From the NCBI GenBank assembly GCA_964598535.1, contig CAZRCI010000003.1:155741-219740 (forward strand): DNA of 64,000 bases, written 5' to 3'. Under the pieces are notes generated by a model. That model was not told where the DNA came from and did no database searches. It saw nothing but the letters and a program-made list of their open reading frames with translations. How positions within the stretch are numbered: position 1 is the stretch's first letter; each line of letters opens with the position of its first letter. The translations under genes were made by a program, and so were the position numbers. Origin of the DNA: an uncultured Planctomycetaceae bacterium (lineage in GTDB: Bacteria; Planctomycetota; Planctomycetia; Pirellulales; PALSA-1355). Of the stretch, positions 27,334 through 37,690 are shown piece by piece.

Positions 27334-29565
27334 CGGAGACGCCTCGACGCTCAATCCGTTCGATTCATCCGCCACGACAACGTTCAGCGACGCGCCGTAG
27401 CGATTGCCCGGCAATCGCTTGCCGGTTGCCACCAAGAGTTTGCCATCGTGGATGCCTACGACTCCGAGCGAAGCGTCAAAAGGCCATTTGCCCACGAGGT
27501 TCAAGTGGGCGTCGGTCTTGAGCAGAATTTTGGGCGTCCCATAGCAGCCGAACCAGAAGTGCCCGTCCGCATAGACGGCGGTTTGGATGCCGAGAAACGT
27601 GTAACCACTGGCGAGGACGTGCCGCTTTTGAAAAGCGAAGCCTTCATCGTACTCGTACACGTAGTTTTCGTTCGCGCCGACCGGTAGTCCGCCAACCACC
27701 CAGAACTTGCCGGCATGATGAGCAATGCCGCCGGCCCCGTGAACGGCCTCTGGTACTGGATGACGCGACAGCTCCGCCAGCGTGTCGGCGTCATAAACAT
27801 ACACCCAAGAATCCGCCTTGCCCTCGGGCTGGTTGAACTGCCCGAGGTTTACAGCGACATACAACTTCCCTTGGTGAAAGCACAAGTCGCCGTGGTGCGA
27901 CACGACATCCGTTTGCCGTTGAACTTGGCCCGTTGGATCCGTCTTGACCAGCACGGTGGTGAAGGACCAATACAGGGCGTCTTGCTGGTTCGTGCAGACG
28001 CCCTGCAAGTGTCCGGGATAGTCGCCCTCGCAAGTCACGGAGTGGAAGCCGCCGCTTGCTTCAACCGCGGATGTTTTCGTCTCGCTGACGCTCCGCTGGC
28101 GGTTTTTACCGCGTTTCTTGGCGCGAGCCGGCCGCTCGGCGTCCTCGGCATTCGGCTCGTTTGGTGTTGGCATGGGTGCGGCGATTGCTTTGCGCCAGGC
28201 GATCAGCTTGGCGTGCAGCTCCTCGGCCTTATCCGGCACGGATTCGGCCAGGTTCTTGATCTCTCCCAAATCATTTTTGAGATTGTAAAGCTCTAGACGT
28301 CCTTCCTCGAAGAACTCGATCAACTTCCAATCGCCGGCGCGGATTGCACCGCCAGGCGTCGTTCGCCAGGTGTTGTCTCCCGAGCCGAGGTAGCCCGGAA
28401 AATGCCAGTACAACGCATCGCGGTCGAGCGACTCCCGGCCGCCGCTCTTGAGCACACCCAGATAGCTTCGGCCATCGAGGGTTTGCGGGGGAGCGGCTGC
28501 TCCGGTTACTTCCAACAGTGTCGGATAGAGATCCACGCTATTGATCGGCTCAGTGCTCGTCGCTCCGGCCGGAATCACGCCGGGCCAACGAAAGACATAG
28601 GGCACTCGAATTCCGCCTTCGTAGAGCATGCCCTTGCCGCCGTGCAGCGGAGCGTTGTCGGTGATCGAGTTCCCTTGAATGCCCCAGCGTTCGTAGCCGC
28701 CTACGCCGCCGTTATCGCTGGAAAAGATGACCAGCGTATTCTTGGACAATCCCAATTCGTCAAGCGTGGCAATCACGCGGCCCACACTCTCGTCGACGCT
28801 GGCGATCATCGCGGCATATACCGGATCGTGATGCCCTCCCTGTTCGCGTGATCCCTGCTTGGGTTTGTCGCGAAATCGGGCAATTAATTCGTCCTTTGCC
28901 TCGCGCGGCGCATGGACCCCGAAGTGCGGCAAGTACAGAAAGAACGGCTCGGCCTTGTGCCGTCGAATGAAGTCAACCGCACGGTCCGTCAGGAAGTCGG
29001 CCAGGTATTCGCCCTCGTCATGATTGACCGGCGGGTTCGTCTGAAAATTGAAGTGCTTGCCGGCCGAGACGAGCGCTTCGTCGAAACCTCGTTTGGACGG
29101 ATGGTTTAGCGCGTCGTTGCCCAAGTGCCACTTGCCGAACATCCCCGTCGCATAGCCGGCTTTCTTGAGCGTTGCGCCAAGCGTCTGGCAGTTTGCCGGC
29201 AGGTTGTCCCCGTTGTCCACTGGCCGTAGCCTGCGGCTCCGCCAGTTGAAACGATCGATGTTGCCAACCGTATAAATGCCCGTGCGCGGACCATATTGCC
29301 CCGACATCAGCGCCGCACGCGTCGGCTGACAATTCGGTCCGCAGGTATATCCGTTCGTAAAGCGTACGCCCCCCGCCGCCAGGCGGTCAATGTTCGGAGA
29401 CTCGTAATATCTCGAACCTTGACATCCCAGGTCGGTCCACCCGAGATCATCGGCCAGGATGAAAACAACGTTGGGCTTCTCCGCGGCACACGCCACCGTC
29501 GCAGCGCACAACAACCATCCACTCAGCACAAACGCGAAACGAAATCTGAACATGCAACGGACCAT
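27325..29565 (-). CDS. Cys-type sulfatase fused to a C-terminal beta-propeller-like domain
   Basis: NVVFILADDLGWTD. CxPxR maturation motif in CQPTRAALMSG. GKWHLG. About 250 extra C-terminal residues. Start uncertain: 29565 or 29598. Confidence 0.85.
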   Translation of the reverse strand: MVRCMFRFRFAFVLSGWLLCAATVACAAEKPNVVFILADDLGWTDLGCQGSRYYESPNIDRLAAGGVRFTNGYTCGPNCQPTRAALMSGQYGPRTGIYTVGNIDRFNWRSRRLRPVDNGDNLPANCQTLGATLKKAGYATGMFGKWHLGNDALNHPSKRGFDEALVSAGKHFNFQTNPPVNHDEGEYLADFLTDRAVDFIRRHKAEPFFLYLPHFGVHAPREAKDELIARFRDKPKQGSREQGGHHDPVYAAMIASVDESVGRVIATLDELGLSKNTLVIFSSDNGGVGGYERWGIQGNSITDNAPLHGGKGMLYEGGIRVPYVFRWPGVIPAGATSTEPINSVDLYPTLLEVTGAAAPPQTLDGRSYLGVLKSGGRESLDRDALYWHFPGYLGSGDNTWRTTPGGAIRAGDWKLIEFFEEGRLELYNLKNDLGEIKNLAESVPDKAEELHAKLIAWRKAIAAPMPTPNEPNAEDAERPARAKKRGKNRQRSVSETKTSAVEASGGFHSVTCEGDYPGHLQGVCTNQQDALYWSFTTVLVKTDPTGQVQRQTDVVSHHGDLCFHQGKLYVAVNLGQFNQPEGKADSWVYVYDADTLAELSRHPVPEAVHGAGGIAHHAGKFWVVGGLPVGANENYVYEYDEGFAFQKRHVLASGYTFLGIQTAVYADGHFWFGCYGTPKILLKTDAHLNLVGKWPFDASLGVVGIHDGKLLVATGKRLPGNRYGASLNVVVADESNGLSVEASPAE

Positions 29566-29841
29566 GTGTGCGGTCTCCTCGTTGATCCAAATATCCAAGA
29601 GCCTGGGAGCACAAAAGGGCGCAGAGCGTACCCCCCTGCCGCGCGGGCACGCGGCACGAGACGTTCTCCGCGATCAACGCGTTTGTCCCCAGGCTCAATG
29701 GCTAGGACATGCGCGGTTGAGGGAGTGGAGTGGACTGCTATTTATACTCGATTTCCGGCGCCGTGTGTGCCGATTCCCTCCTCGGTAGTATAAAAGGAGG
29801 GGATCCTTGGCACCGTCATTGCCCCCCCTGGGCCGATTGTC

Positions 29842-30945
29842 ATGCCCCGGCGACAAATTCTGCTATTCACGCTCGTCCTCGCGCTCAGCGGCCCGGCGCT
29901 CGCCGCGGAGTTCGAAGCGGTGCGCGTCGCGCCGGACGGCAAAGGCTTCGCGCTCCGCGAATCTGGGCGTCCGTTTCGCATCTGGGGCGTCAACTACGAT
30001 CACGATCCCTCTGGCCGGCTGCTCGAAGACTATTGGCTCGATCAGTGGGCTACGGTCGCGGCCGACTTTGCGGAAATCAAGGCCCTCGGCGCGAATGTGG
30101 TGCGGATCCATCTGCAATTCGGCCGCTTCATGCAATCGCCGACCAAGCCAAACGAGACGTCGCTCGCACAACTAAAACGCCTCGTCGAGCTCGCCGAGCA
30201 GACGGGCTTGTATCTCGACCTGACCGGACTCGGATGCTACCACAAGGCCGAAACGCCTTCGTGGTACGATGCGCTCTCGGAAGTCGAACGCTGGCGAGCG
30301 CAAGCGATTTTCTGGGAGGCGATCGCCCGGAGTTGCGCCGACAGTCCGGCGATCTTCTGCTACGACTTGATGAACGAGCCGGTCGTGCCGGGAGCCGGGC
30401 GGCGAGACGACTGGCTGGGGCCTGCGTTTGCCGGCAAACACTTCGTGCAGTTCATCACGCTCGATCTGGCTGGCCGCGAGCGAACGGAAGTCGCTCGTCA
30501 GTGGATTGCCACGCTGGTCGCGGCCATTCGCCGTCACGATCCGCGGCACTTGATCACGGTAGGCCTGGTGCACTGGAGCCTGGAGCGACCGGGGCTAACG
30601 TCCGGCTTCGTGCCAGGGGCCATCGCCGAGCAGCTCGACTTTATCGCCGTGCATCTTTATCCTGAGCGAGACAAGCTGCGTGAAGCAAGCCAAACGCTCG
30701 CCGGTTTTCAGGTTGGAAAGCCGGTCGTTGTCGAAGAGATCTTCCCGCTCAAATGTTCCGCCGAGGAGTTGACGCGTTTTCTCCGCGAACAACCCGACGT
30801 CGCAGGCTGGATCAGCTTCTATTGGGGACAAACGCCTGAAGAATGTCGCAAGGCGAATACGATCGCGGGTTCGATCACGGCCGATTGGCTGGAGCGATTC
30901 AGCCAATCGGCAGAAGAACAGAAGCGAAGCCCAGCAGAGCCCTAG
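29842..30945 (+). CDS. glycoside hydrolase family 5-like (TIM-barrel cellulase/mannanase superfamily)
   Basis: Signal peptide. GANVVRIHL and catalytic-acid context YDLMNEP. Later FIAVHLYPE. Confidence 0.75.
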   Translation: MPRRQILLFTLVLALSGPALAAEFEAVRVAPDGKGFALRESGRPFRIWGVNYDHDPSGRLLEDYWLDQWATVAADFAEIKALGANVVRIHLQFGRFMQSPTKPNETSLAQLKRLVELAEQTGLYLDLTGLGCYHKAETPSWYDALSEVERWRAQAIFWEAIARSCADSPAIFCYDLMNEPVVPGAGRRDDWLGPAFAGKHFVQFITLDLAGRERTEVARQWIATLVAAIRRHDPRHLITVGLVHWSLERPGLTSGFVPGAIAEQLDFIAVHLYPERDKLREASQTLAGFQVGKPVVVEEIFPLKCSAEELTRFLREQPDVAGWISFYWGQTPEECRKANTIAGSITADWLERFSQSAEEQKRSPAEP

Positions 30946-31047
30946 CCGCCCGACACGAGTGCCGCTAGGGACGTGACGAACGCGGCGCGAGGGTCGCGAG
31001 CAACGGACATCGTACTGGCTCAGGAACACGCGGCCAGAGAACAAGGT

Positions 31048-32001
31048 TCAACGGCTGGCATTGAGCTCGGTCGTGGCGTTGCTGGCCGCGGCCTCCAGGT
31101 CTACGTCTCCTTCGTGAACCACGACTGCGAACCGCAGGCGAAACGTATCGCCCGGAGCGACCGCCACGCGACTCGGTTCGGGCGACCGCGTGAATGCTTG
31201 CAGGCCGAAAGGATTGGCAACCACCAACCCATAGTCGCGGGCATGAAACCACGACTTACGGAAGTTGAGCGGATCGGGCACCACGAGCACTCCAACCTTG
31301 CGGCCCTCGATCGTGCCGCTGGCATCGCACCACGCGGCCACGCGACCCCAGATCTCTTTCTCGCCGTTACGGCCCTCGCTGCTGGTGAGCGTTCCGCCGT
31401 TGTTCACGGCCAACGGGGTGGCCACGCGCACGCCCACGCCCATCTCCTCTTGATCACCGAAGTAGAACTCGGTCGGCGCCGTGAACCGCGAATCCCACAC
31501 GAACACCACCTCTTTGTCCAGGGCCCAGACCGAGATCTTGCAGGTTTCGTTGCAGATCAGCCGTTCGCCAGACAGATAGCGGTTCCGCACGCTAAACTGT
31601 CCGCCATCGAGGTCGCCCGTAGGCTCTTCGGCAAAGTCGACATGCGCGACTCGCCCCCGATTGCGCCAGAAATCGTCGCCAGCCAGATCGCCAAACGCCA
31701 GCCACACGCCCGGGTGCATCGTGGCATGATCCGTGGCATCGACGCCTTCGACGGGAGGCAAGCTGCGCGTCACCTGAATGCCGTTTCTCGTACGCAGGTC
31801 TTTGAGATACGGCCGTAGAATCCGCGTATCGTGATAGACATACACGGCGACCGGCTGATCGTCGACAAAAATCTTGACGGCGCTGTCGGCCTTGCCGAAC
31901 GAAACGCGGGGATGCTCCGCCGCTGCCCGCGTCTGGGAGAACATCGACCAGCCGCAGATAAGATGCAGGCAGCATCCGAACAGAGAGCACCGGCGAAACA
32001 T
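31048..32001 (-). CDS. PmoA-like / DUF6807 family secreted protein
   Basis: Start at MFRRCSLFGCCLHL, with a signal peptide. HPGVWLAFGDLAGDDFWRN motif typical of this family in planctomycetes. Assigned from memory. Confidence 0.65.
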   Translation of the reverse strand: MFRRCSLFGCCLHLICGWSMFSQTRAAAEHPRVSFGKADSAVKIFVDDQPVAVYVYHDTRILRPYLKDLRTRNGIQVTRSLPPVEGVDATDHATMHPGVWLAFGDLAGDDFWRNRGRVAHVDFAEEPTGDLDGGQFSVRNRYLSGERLICNETCKISVWALDKEVVFVWDSRFTAPTEFYFGDQEEMGVGVRVATPLAVNNGGTLTSSEGRNGEKEIWGRVAAWCDASGTIEGRKVGVLVVPDPLNFRKSWFHARDYGLVVANPFGLQAFTRSPEPSRVAVAPGDTFRLRFAVVVHEGDVDLEAAASNATTELNASR

Positions 32002-32006
32002 GGCAG

Positions 32007-32774
32007 CTACCCTTTGCGACCAATATTCTGTTCGATGAACGACCGCATACGTTGGGCCACCTCGGGCGAGGTCCAAGCGTTGACCACCGCGGAGTCGTTG
32101 GCCATGCTCGCGGCCACGGCTTCGAACAGCGGGCGACGGACGGCGAGCTTGGTGGCCGCGAATGTCTCGGGCAGTAACGCCCCCAATTCTTCGGCGACGC
32201 TGAGGGCGCGTGTTTCAAGCTGCTCGGCGTCGACCACCTCGTCCACGAGTCCGCGCATGAGCGCTTCGTCCGCGCCCCAGGTCCGGCCCGTGAGAATCAA
32301 CGTTTGGAAATGTTCCGGCGGCGTGGCGAACCGCGCAATTTCCAGGGCCCATGCCGGGAATGGGACTCCGACCAGTACCTCGGTCAGGCCGATGCGCGCT
32401 TTGCCGCGAGCCACGATCCGCTGATCGCAGGCCAGCGCGAGAATGCAGCCGCCGGCAATGGCATGTCCATTGACCGCGGCGACTATCGGCTTGGGAAACT
32501 TCGCCAGCCGCTCGAAAACCTCGGAGAGCAACGGGACGAACTTGCGGACGTACGCTTCACCGCCGCCTACCAACTCCGGCAGATCGACGCCGGCGCCAAA
32601 GACGCTTCCCTGGCCGGTGACAACGACCGCGCGGGCGGCGCTCGCCTCGAGCGTCCGCAAACTCCGGTCGAATGCTTCTAGCAGCTCCAGATTTAGAGCA
32701 TTACCTTTACCACGCACCACGCGGGCGATTGCCACGTTGCCGCGATGTTCGATTTCAATCATGGGTCGCCTCAA
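32007..32774 (-). CDS. enoyl-CoA hydratase/isomerase family protein
   Basis: Crotonase fold motifs: NALNLELL, VVVTGQGSVFGAGVDL, VAAVNGHAIAGGCILALACD. Confidence 0.85.
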   Translation of the reverse strand: MRRPMIEIEHRGNVAIARVVRGKGNALNLELLEAFDRSLRTLEASAARAVVVTGQGSVFGAGVDLPELVGGGEAYVRKFVPLLSEVFERLAKFPKPIVAAVNGHAIAGGCILALACDQRIVARGKARIGLTEVLVGVPFPAWALEIARFATPPEHFQTLILTGRTWGADEALMRGLVDEVVDAEQLETRALSVAEELGALLPETFAATKLAVRRPLFEAVAASMANDSAVVNAWTSPEVAQRMRSFIEQNIGRKG

Positions 32775-32858
32775 TCAGCTTGCATCCTGGTTCGCCAGCG
32801 ACGACATTATAACCGTAGCTCACCGTTTTTAGTCCCTCCGGAAGCTTCGATAACCATC

Positions 32859-34106
32859 ATGACCCAAACGATCTGCCTGTTCGCCGGTCTGTTTTTTTGC
32901 CTTGCATTCTCGATGGCCGGCGAGCCCGCCGCGGCCGAAGAGAAAATCAACTACGACGAGGCGAAGGTTCCGCAATACACGCTGCCCGATCCCCTAAAAA
33001 TGGCCGATGGCCGGGCTGTAACAAGCGCCGCCATGTGGCATAACGAGCGGCGCCCAGAACTCCTCGAGCTTTTCCGCGCCCAAGTCTACGGGCAGCGTCC
33101 GCCGAAGCCGGAAGGCATCACCTACGAGGTGCGTGAGTCGACGCCCGAAGCATTAAATGGCAAGGGGGTGCGGAAGGATGTGCGCATCTTGGCGCCGGGC
33201 AAATCCGGGCCGGTCGAATTGTTGCATTTTGTTTTGATCGCGCCTGCCGGGGCGAAACAGCCGGTTCCGGCGTTCGCAGGCATTCTGCTGATCGAGCCAA
33301 CGCTCAAGGACTTGAATCCTGGAAGACCGCTGCCAGAGGACGTCGGCGTGGAGTTGCCCGGCATGAAATTGCTGGAGACGATCCTCGATCGCGGTTATGC
33401 GATCGCCTCGCTCGACCCGGCGAACTTTTGCCCGGACGACAAGGACAACCATCGCCAGGGCGTGCTCGAGTTCTTATATCCCGACCGTAGCGGCCATCCC
33501 GGCCCGGATGAATCCGGCGCCATTGCCACCTGGGCCTGGGGCCTCAGCCGTGCGCTCGATTATCTGGAGACCGATCCCACCATCGACGCCAAGCGTGTCG
33601 CGGTCATCGGGCATTCACGCCGCGGCAAAACGGCCCTTTGGGCGGGCGCCGAGGACGAACGTTTCGCCGCGGTGATCTCGAACAACTCGGGCTGTGGCGG
33701 CGCGGCCCTGTCTCGACGAGACTTCGGCGAGACCGTGGCCCGCATCAATCGCGTGTTCCCGCATTGGTTCTGCGGCAATTTCAAAAACTACAACGATCAC
33801 GAAGACCACTTGCCGGTCGATCAGCACGAGCTGGTGGCGCTTAGTGCGCCGCGACCCGTTTACATTGCCAGCGCAGTCGAAGACCGTTGGGCCGATCCGA
33901 AAGGCGAATTCCTGGCGGCGCTGCATGCCGAGCCGGTGTACCAATTGTTCGGCCTGACGGGCCTGGGCGTCCACGAGCAACCGCCCTTGAATAAGTCCGC
34001 CGGTGACTTCGTAAGCTACCACATCCGCGCCGGAAAGCATGCCCTCACCGATTACGATTGGCTGTTGTATCTGGATTTTGCGGACAAGCATCTCCAGCGG
34101 AACTAA
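32859..34106 (+). CDS. carbohydrate esterase family 15-like (glucuronoyl esterase)
   Basis: Signal peptide from ATG 32859. Nucleophile motif VIGHSRRGKTALWAGAEDERFA. Later FPHWFC and HIRAGKHALT. Confidence 0.7.
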   Translation: MTQTICLFAGLFFCLAFSMAGEPAAAEEKINYDEAKVPQYTLPDPLKMADGRAVTSAAMWHNERRPELLELFRAQVYGQRPPKPEGITYEVRESTPEALNGKGVRKDVRILAPGKSGPVELLHFVLIAPAGAKQPVPAFAGILLIEPTLKDLNPGRPLPEDVGVELPGMKLLETILDRGYAIASLDPANFCPDDKDNHRQGVLEFLYPDRSGHPGPDESGAIATWAWGLSRALDYLETDPTIDAKRVAVIGHSRRGKTALWAGAEDERFAAVISNNSGCGGAALSRRDFGETVARINRVFPHWFCGNFKNYNDHEDHLPVDQHELVALSAPRPVYIASAVEDRWADPKGEFLAALHAEPVYQLFGLTGLGVHEQPPLNKSAGDFVSYHIRAGKHALTDYDWLLYLDFADKHLQRN

Positions 34107-34181
34107 CCATCTTCCGGCCCAGCAGTTCGCCGCGCACAATCACCGAAATCATCCTGGACCATTCCACGCCCCTCACGCGCC

Positions 34182-34958
34182 ATGCAGTATCTCGATTTCT
34201 CCGATGTCGAGCGAATGATCCGCCTGGTTACGGACGCGAGCGACCCGACGGTTGCGATGCCGCTCGCGGACCGCAAACGCACGCTCATGCAGGGCACGGC
34301 GGAACTCGTGGGCGCGGACGCTTGGATCTGGAGCACCGCGACGCTCAATCCCACCGTCGACCGCGATGTCATGTCGTTTGGCTTTGTCGATGGCGGCTGG
34401 CAGGACGAACAGCAGCGTGTCGCCGTGCTTCGCGAATTGAGTAACCCCAGGATAAACGAGCTCATCACCGCGCCCGTTTTCAACTGCGTGGAACGTCAGC
34501 GTTTCACGACTTTTATCGAAAAGGAAATGGTGCCAGCCGAGCACTGGCGCCGCTTCCAAGAGCTGTGGCGTGTCACCGGGCTCGCGTACTGTGTGATCTC
34601 CGTCTATCCGTTGAGCACAACCACCTATAGTGCGGCGGGCTTTCACCGCCGGCTGGGGCAGCCTCCTTTCACCGAACGCGAGCGTTTGATCCTGCATGCC
34701 ATTTTCCAACAAGTCGACTGGCTCCATCGCGAGGGGACCAACGTCAAGGCACACGATCGCGTGGTCCATCTCTCACCTCGCGAGCGTCATGTGCTGTGCT
34801 TCTTGCTGATGGGCGACTCGCGCAAAGCGATCGCCATGAAGCTCAATCTCAGTGAGCACACGGTTGGAGACTACCTGAAGCAGATTTACAAGCGGTTCTG
34901 CGTCAACAGCCGGTCAGAACTCCTGGCTCAGTTCATTGCCGGTGGACAGTCGCTCTGA
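34182..34958 (+). CDS. LuxR-family transcriptional regulator
   Basis: C-terminal HTH LSPRERHVLCFLLMGDSRKAIAMKLNLSEHTVGDYLKQIYKRF. Confidence 0.75.
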   Translation: MQYLDFSDVERMIRLVTDASDPTVAMPLADRKRTLMQGTAELVGADAWIWSTATLNPTVDRDVMSFGFVDGGWQDEQQRVAVLRELSNPRINELITAPVFNCVERQRFTTFIEKEMVPAEHWRRFQELWRVTGLAYCVISVYPLSTTTYSAAGFHRRLGQPPFTERERLILHAIFQQVDWLHREGTNVKAHDRVVHLSPRERHVLCFLLMGDSRKAIAMKLNLSEHTVGDYLKQIYKRFCVNSRSELLAQFIAGGQSL

Positions 34959-35209
34959 AGCAGACGACCGTCCGCGACCGAACGACTCGCAGCTCGGCCA
35001 TGAAGTGCCTCGGGCTGCAACGCTTACTGCCTGCCCATCAGGGGGGCGATTCGCGGCCTCTCGCCCCGCCATCTTAAACCGCGGGCCCCCCGCGTTTGCG
35101 GGAATTGGCAGTTCTTTGCCAGCTCTCAGAATAGACGGCGTGGCGACGCCCATCCGTACTGGGAGGGCGTTAGAGGCGTGCCTGACCATCAACGAGGTAC
35201 TACGCTCTG

Positions 35210-35845
35210 ATGCTATCCGTTGCTTCCACCGGCTCTCATCCCGCCCGCCTTGCGACTTTTGCAGGCTGCCCAACGAAGAATCTTGTATTGTCCGCCCGTT
35301 CCGGCTGCCCAGACGCCCTGGGACGTCTTTGCGAGAGTTTTCGGCCATTTCTGACCAAGCTTGCCTCACGATTAACTCCTGCCCGGCTGCGCACCAAGGC
35401 CGATGCCGATGACTTGGTGCAGGAAGTCCTCATGGACTTGCACCGAAATATCCGCAACTTTCAAGGCAACAGCCAAGCGGAACTGCGCTGCTGGCTGTTT
35501 CGTGCGATGTGTAACCGCAGCCGTGACCTGCGACGCAGATATGGCCCTGGCACCAAGCGCGACATCCATCGCGAGCAATCCGTCGAACAGTTGGCCCGGA
35601 CGCGGCAAACCATTGTGGCCGCCACTCCCTGCCCCATGAGCCAAATGATTCACGCGGAACAAAGTATCGCCGCGGACCACAGCTTGGATCGGCTGGCCGC
35701 CGATCACCGTCAGATGCTCGAGTTTTGGGCTGAGGGTCAACTCACATATGCTCAGATCGGCCTGCGCATGGGACGTAGCGGCGACGCCATTCGCAAGCAG
35801 TGCGAGCGTACGAAGCGCAGGCTGCGCCACGCCGTCACCTGCTAA
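35210..35845 (+). CDS. ECF-type RNA polymerase sigma-70 family factor
   Basis: Region 2 DADDLVQEVLMDLHRNIRNFQG. Region 4 LTYAQIGLRMGRSGDAIRKQCERTKRRL. Start uncertain. Confidence 0.7.
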   Translation: MLSVASTGSHPARLATFAGCPTKNLVLSARSGCPDALGRLCESFRPFLTKLASRLTPARLRTKADADDLVQEVLMDLHRNIRNFQGNSQAELRCWLFRAMCNRSRDLRRRYGPGTKRDIHREQSVEQLARTRQTIVAATPCPMSQMIHAEQSIAADHSLDRLAADHRQMLEFWAEGQLTYAQIGLRMGRSGDAIRKQCERTKRRLRHAVTC

Positions 35846-35971
35846 GGCCGCTGATAACAAAACGAGCGCGGGCGGTCCCTCACGTTGTCGTGCCCGTAGC
35901 GCATCATGAAACGGCCACTTCTCTAGGTGCTTCTCGGTAACTTCTCTAGCATGTCGATCCCTGACGCGCGA

Positions 35972-36505
35972 TTATTCGGGCCAGTTCGCGTTGGGATCGA
36001 CGCTGATAATCGCGCTCGACGGCGGCACCGGAAAGCGGGGCCGCAGATAATCCATGCCGGCCACTTTGTGGCAATTGAAACAACCTTGCAAGACATTGCG
36101 GTATGCCTCGCCAAAGGCCCGCAAATCTTTCCTTTCAATAGCCTTGTCGATGTTCATCACCGGCGAGCGGTCGATGGCTGCGATAATCGCCTCGAGATCG
36201 GCCTTCCGCGTGGAATCAACCGCGGCCGAGCTCCGCATGTGCAGCATCACTTTCTCCCAGTAGTAAGCCGCCAGAGGCCAGTTTTCCGACCGGGCCGCGA
36301 ACCACAGGTTCGACGTATGGTAATCGGCCATGAACATCGCCATCTCCGCGCGAATCTCGTCGATTTCCGAATTGACAGCGGGCGCGGGCTCGTCCGCCGC
36401 CAGCGCCGTCCGCGGCCCCTGCTCCGTCAGCAGCCCCCAAAATGCCGCCCCACACAACAGTCCACATACAAAAGTCAGGACTAACGCTCGTCGGGATCGG
36501 AACAT
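35972..36505 (-). CDS. class II (cytochrome c-prime/c556-like) four-helix cytochrome c
   Basis: N-terminal signal/TM from ATG 36505. Single CFNCH heme site near the C-terminus. The track ORF extends spuriously to 36802. Confidence 0.55.
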   Translation of the reverse strand: MFRSRRALVLTFVCGLLCGAAFWGLLTEQGPRTALAADEPAPAVNSEIDEIRAEMAMFMADYHTSNLWFAARSENWPLAAYYWEKVMLHMRSSAAVDSTRKADLEAIIAAIDRSPVMNIDKAIERKDLRAFGEAYRNVLQGCFNCHKVAGMDYLRPRFPVPPSSAIISVDPNANWPE

Positions 36506-36895
36506 GAAAGTGACTCCTAATTTAGTGCGGGTTCGCATTCGACAGGGCGGCCAATCGCAATGTTCTTGATCATCGCGACGAATTGGCGACACGGCAACTG
36601 TGTTTTGCGACGATTTGCGGACATCGAGGAATGCCAAAAAAGCGAGGAGCCCGGCCCGCCTCTTTCGTCGATCGCAGCAGTCCTGCCCCACGATAGGACA
36701 GCCGCCGCGATCGGCAAAAAGTGCGAACCGGGCCGCCGTCGCCAAGAGGTCTTGCTGAACCCGGCCGGGCGTCCCATCCACTGCGAATTTTAGGTTATGC
36801 AAAAGATATCCGTAAAAATTCGTGAGCCGCCTCCGGCCGCTCGTGAACGTTGGGGGCGGACGCCAAATGCATCGGCCCCCTGGCTCTCGACGCCC

Positions 36896-37267
36896 TTACC
36901 GTCCGATCGAGGCGATGCCCACGAAACGCCCGCCGCTAATGTACCAACCTTCGCCGCAAGCCTGGCACCACACGACTCGGGTGCGAACGCGGATCGAATA
37001 GCCGCAGTCGCTCCGAATGCTGATCTCGATCTCGCCCTCGGGAAGGTCCATATTATGAATCAAGCCAATCCCAGTTTCGGAGATTTCTCGCGTGAACGCG
37101 GAGTAACGATGTCCGTCGTCCAATTCGATTGAAACCGGCCGGAAAAACGCATACCGCACCTCCGCCCGGCGGTCTAATTTCAAAGCCGCCTTGGCCTCGA
37201 CGATCAATTGAAAGATCGCCTTGCCGGGCGAAATGAGAGTCGGCTTGTCTTCGGTCCGCATCGCCAT
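36896..37267 (-). CDS. PilZ domain protein
   Basis: c-di-GMP motifs RRAEVR and EISETGIG. Start taken at MAMRTEDK. Confidence 0.65.
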   Translation of the reverse strand: MAMRTEDKPTLISPGKAIFQLIVEAKAALKLDRRAEVRYAFFRPVSIELDDGHRYSAFTREISETGIGLIHNMDLPEGEIEISIRSDCGYSIRVRTRVVWCQACGEGWYISGGRFVGIASIGR

Positions 37268-37690
37268 TTTCCACCTGCGTAAATTGAGGAACTCAACTTG
37301 TCCGAGGCGTCTGCCCCCAGGGAAACATAGGCCATGCTGGCCAGCGCAAGATGGAACATGGCGCAACGTTTTCGTCGAACTGCGAGCCCCGTCAAGCCTC
37401 ACCGTCGTTACAACCCCACGCGAACCACCCGGGCCGGGGGCAACGATTGGCGACCAGCCCCGGGAGTCGTAGTGCCAGGGGCAAAGCGTCACTTTGAGTT
37501 CGAGAACCAATCGCCCCGGGCCAGCCAGCTCGTACGAACGGCCTGGCTTGAATGCTCGCGATTATGAATTGCGTGCAAAAAAAATCCTGAGTGTGTATAC
37601 TTCGTCCTGCCCTGGACAGCGCGAACTCTGGCGGATTCGCGCCGGCTCATCCTTGGCCGACTTCGGATCCGTCTTTGCAGCCCGCGCATC

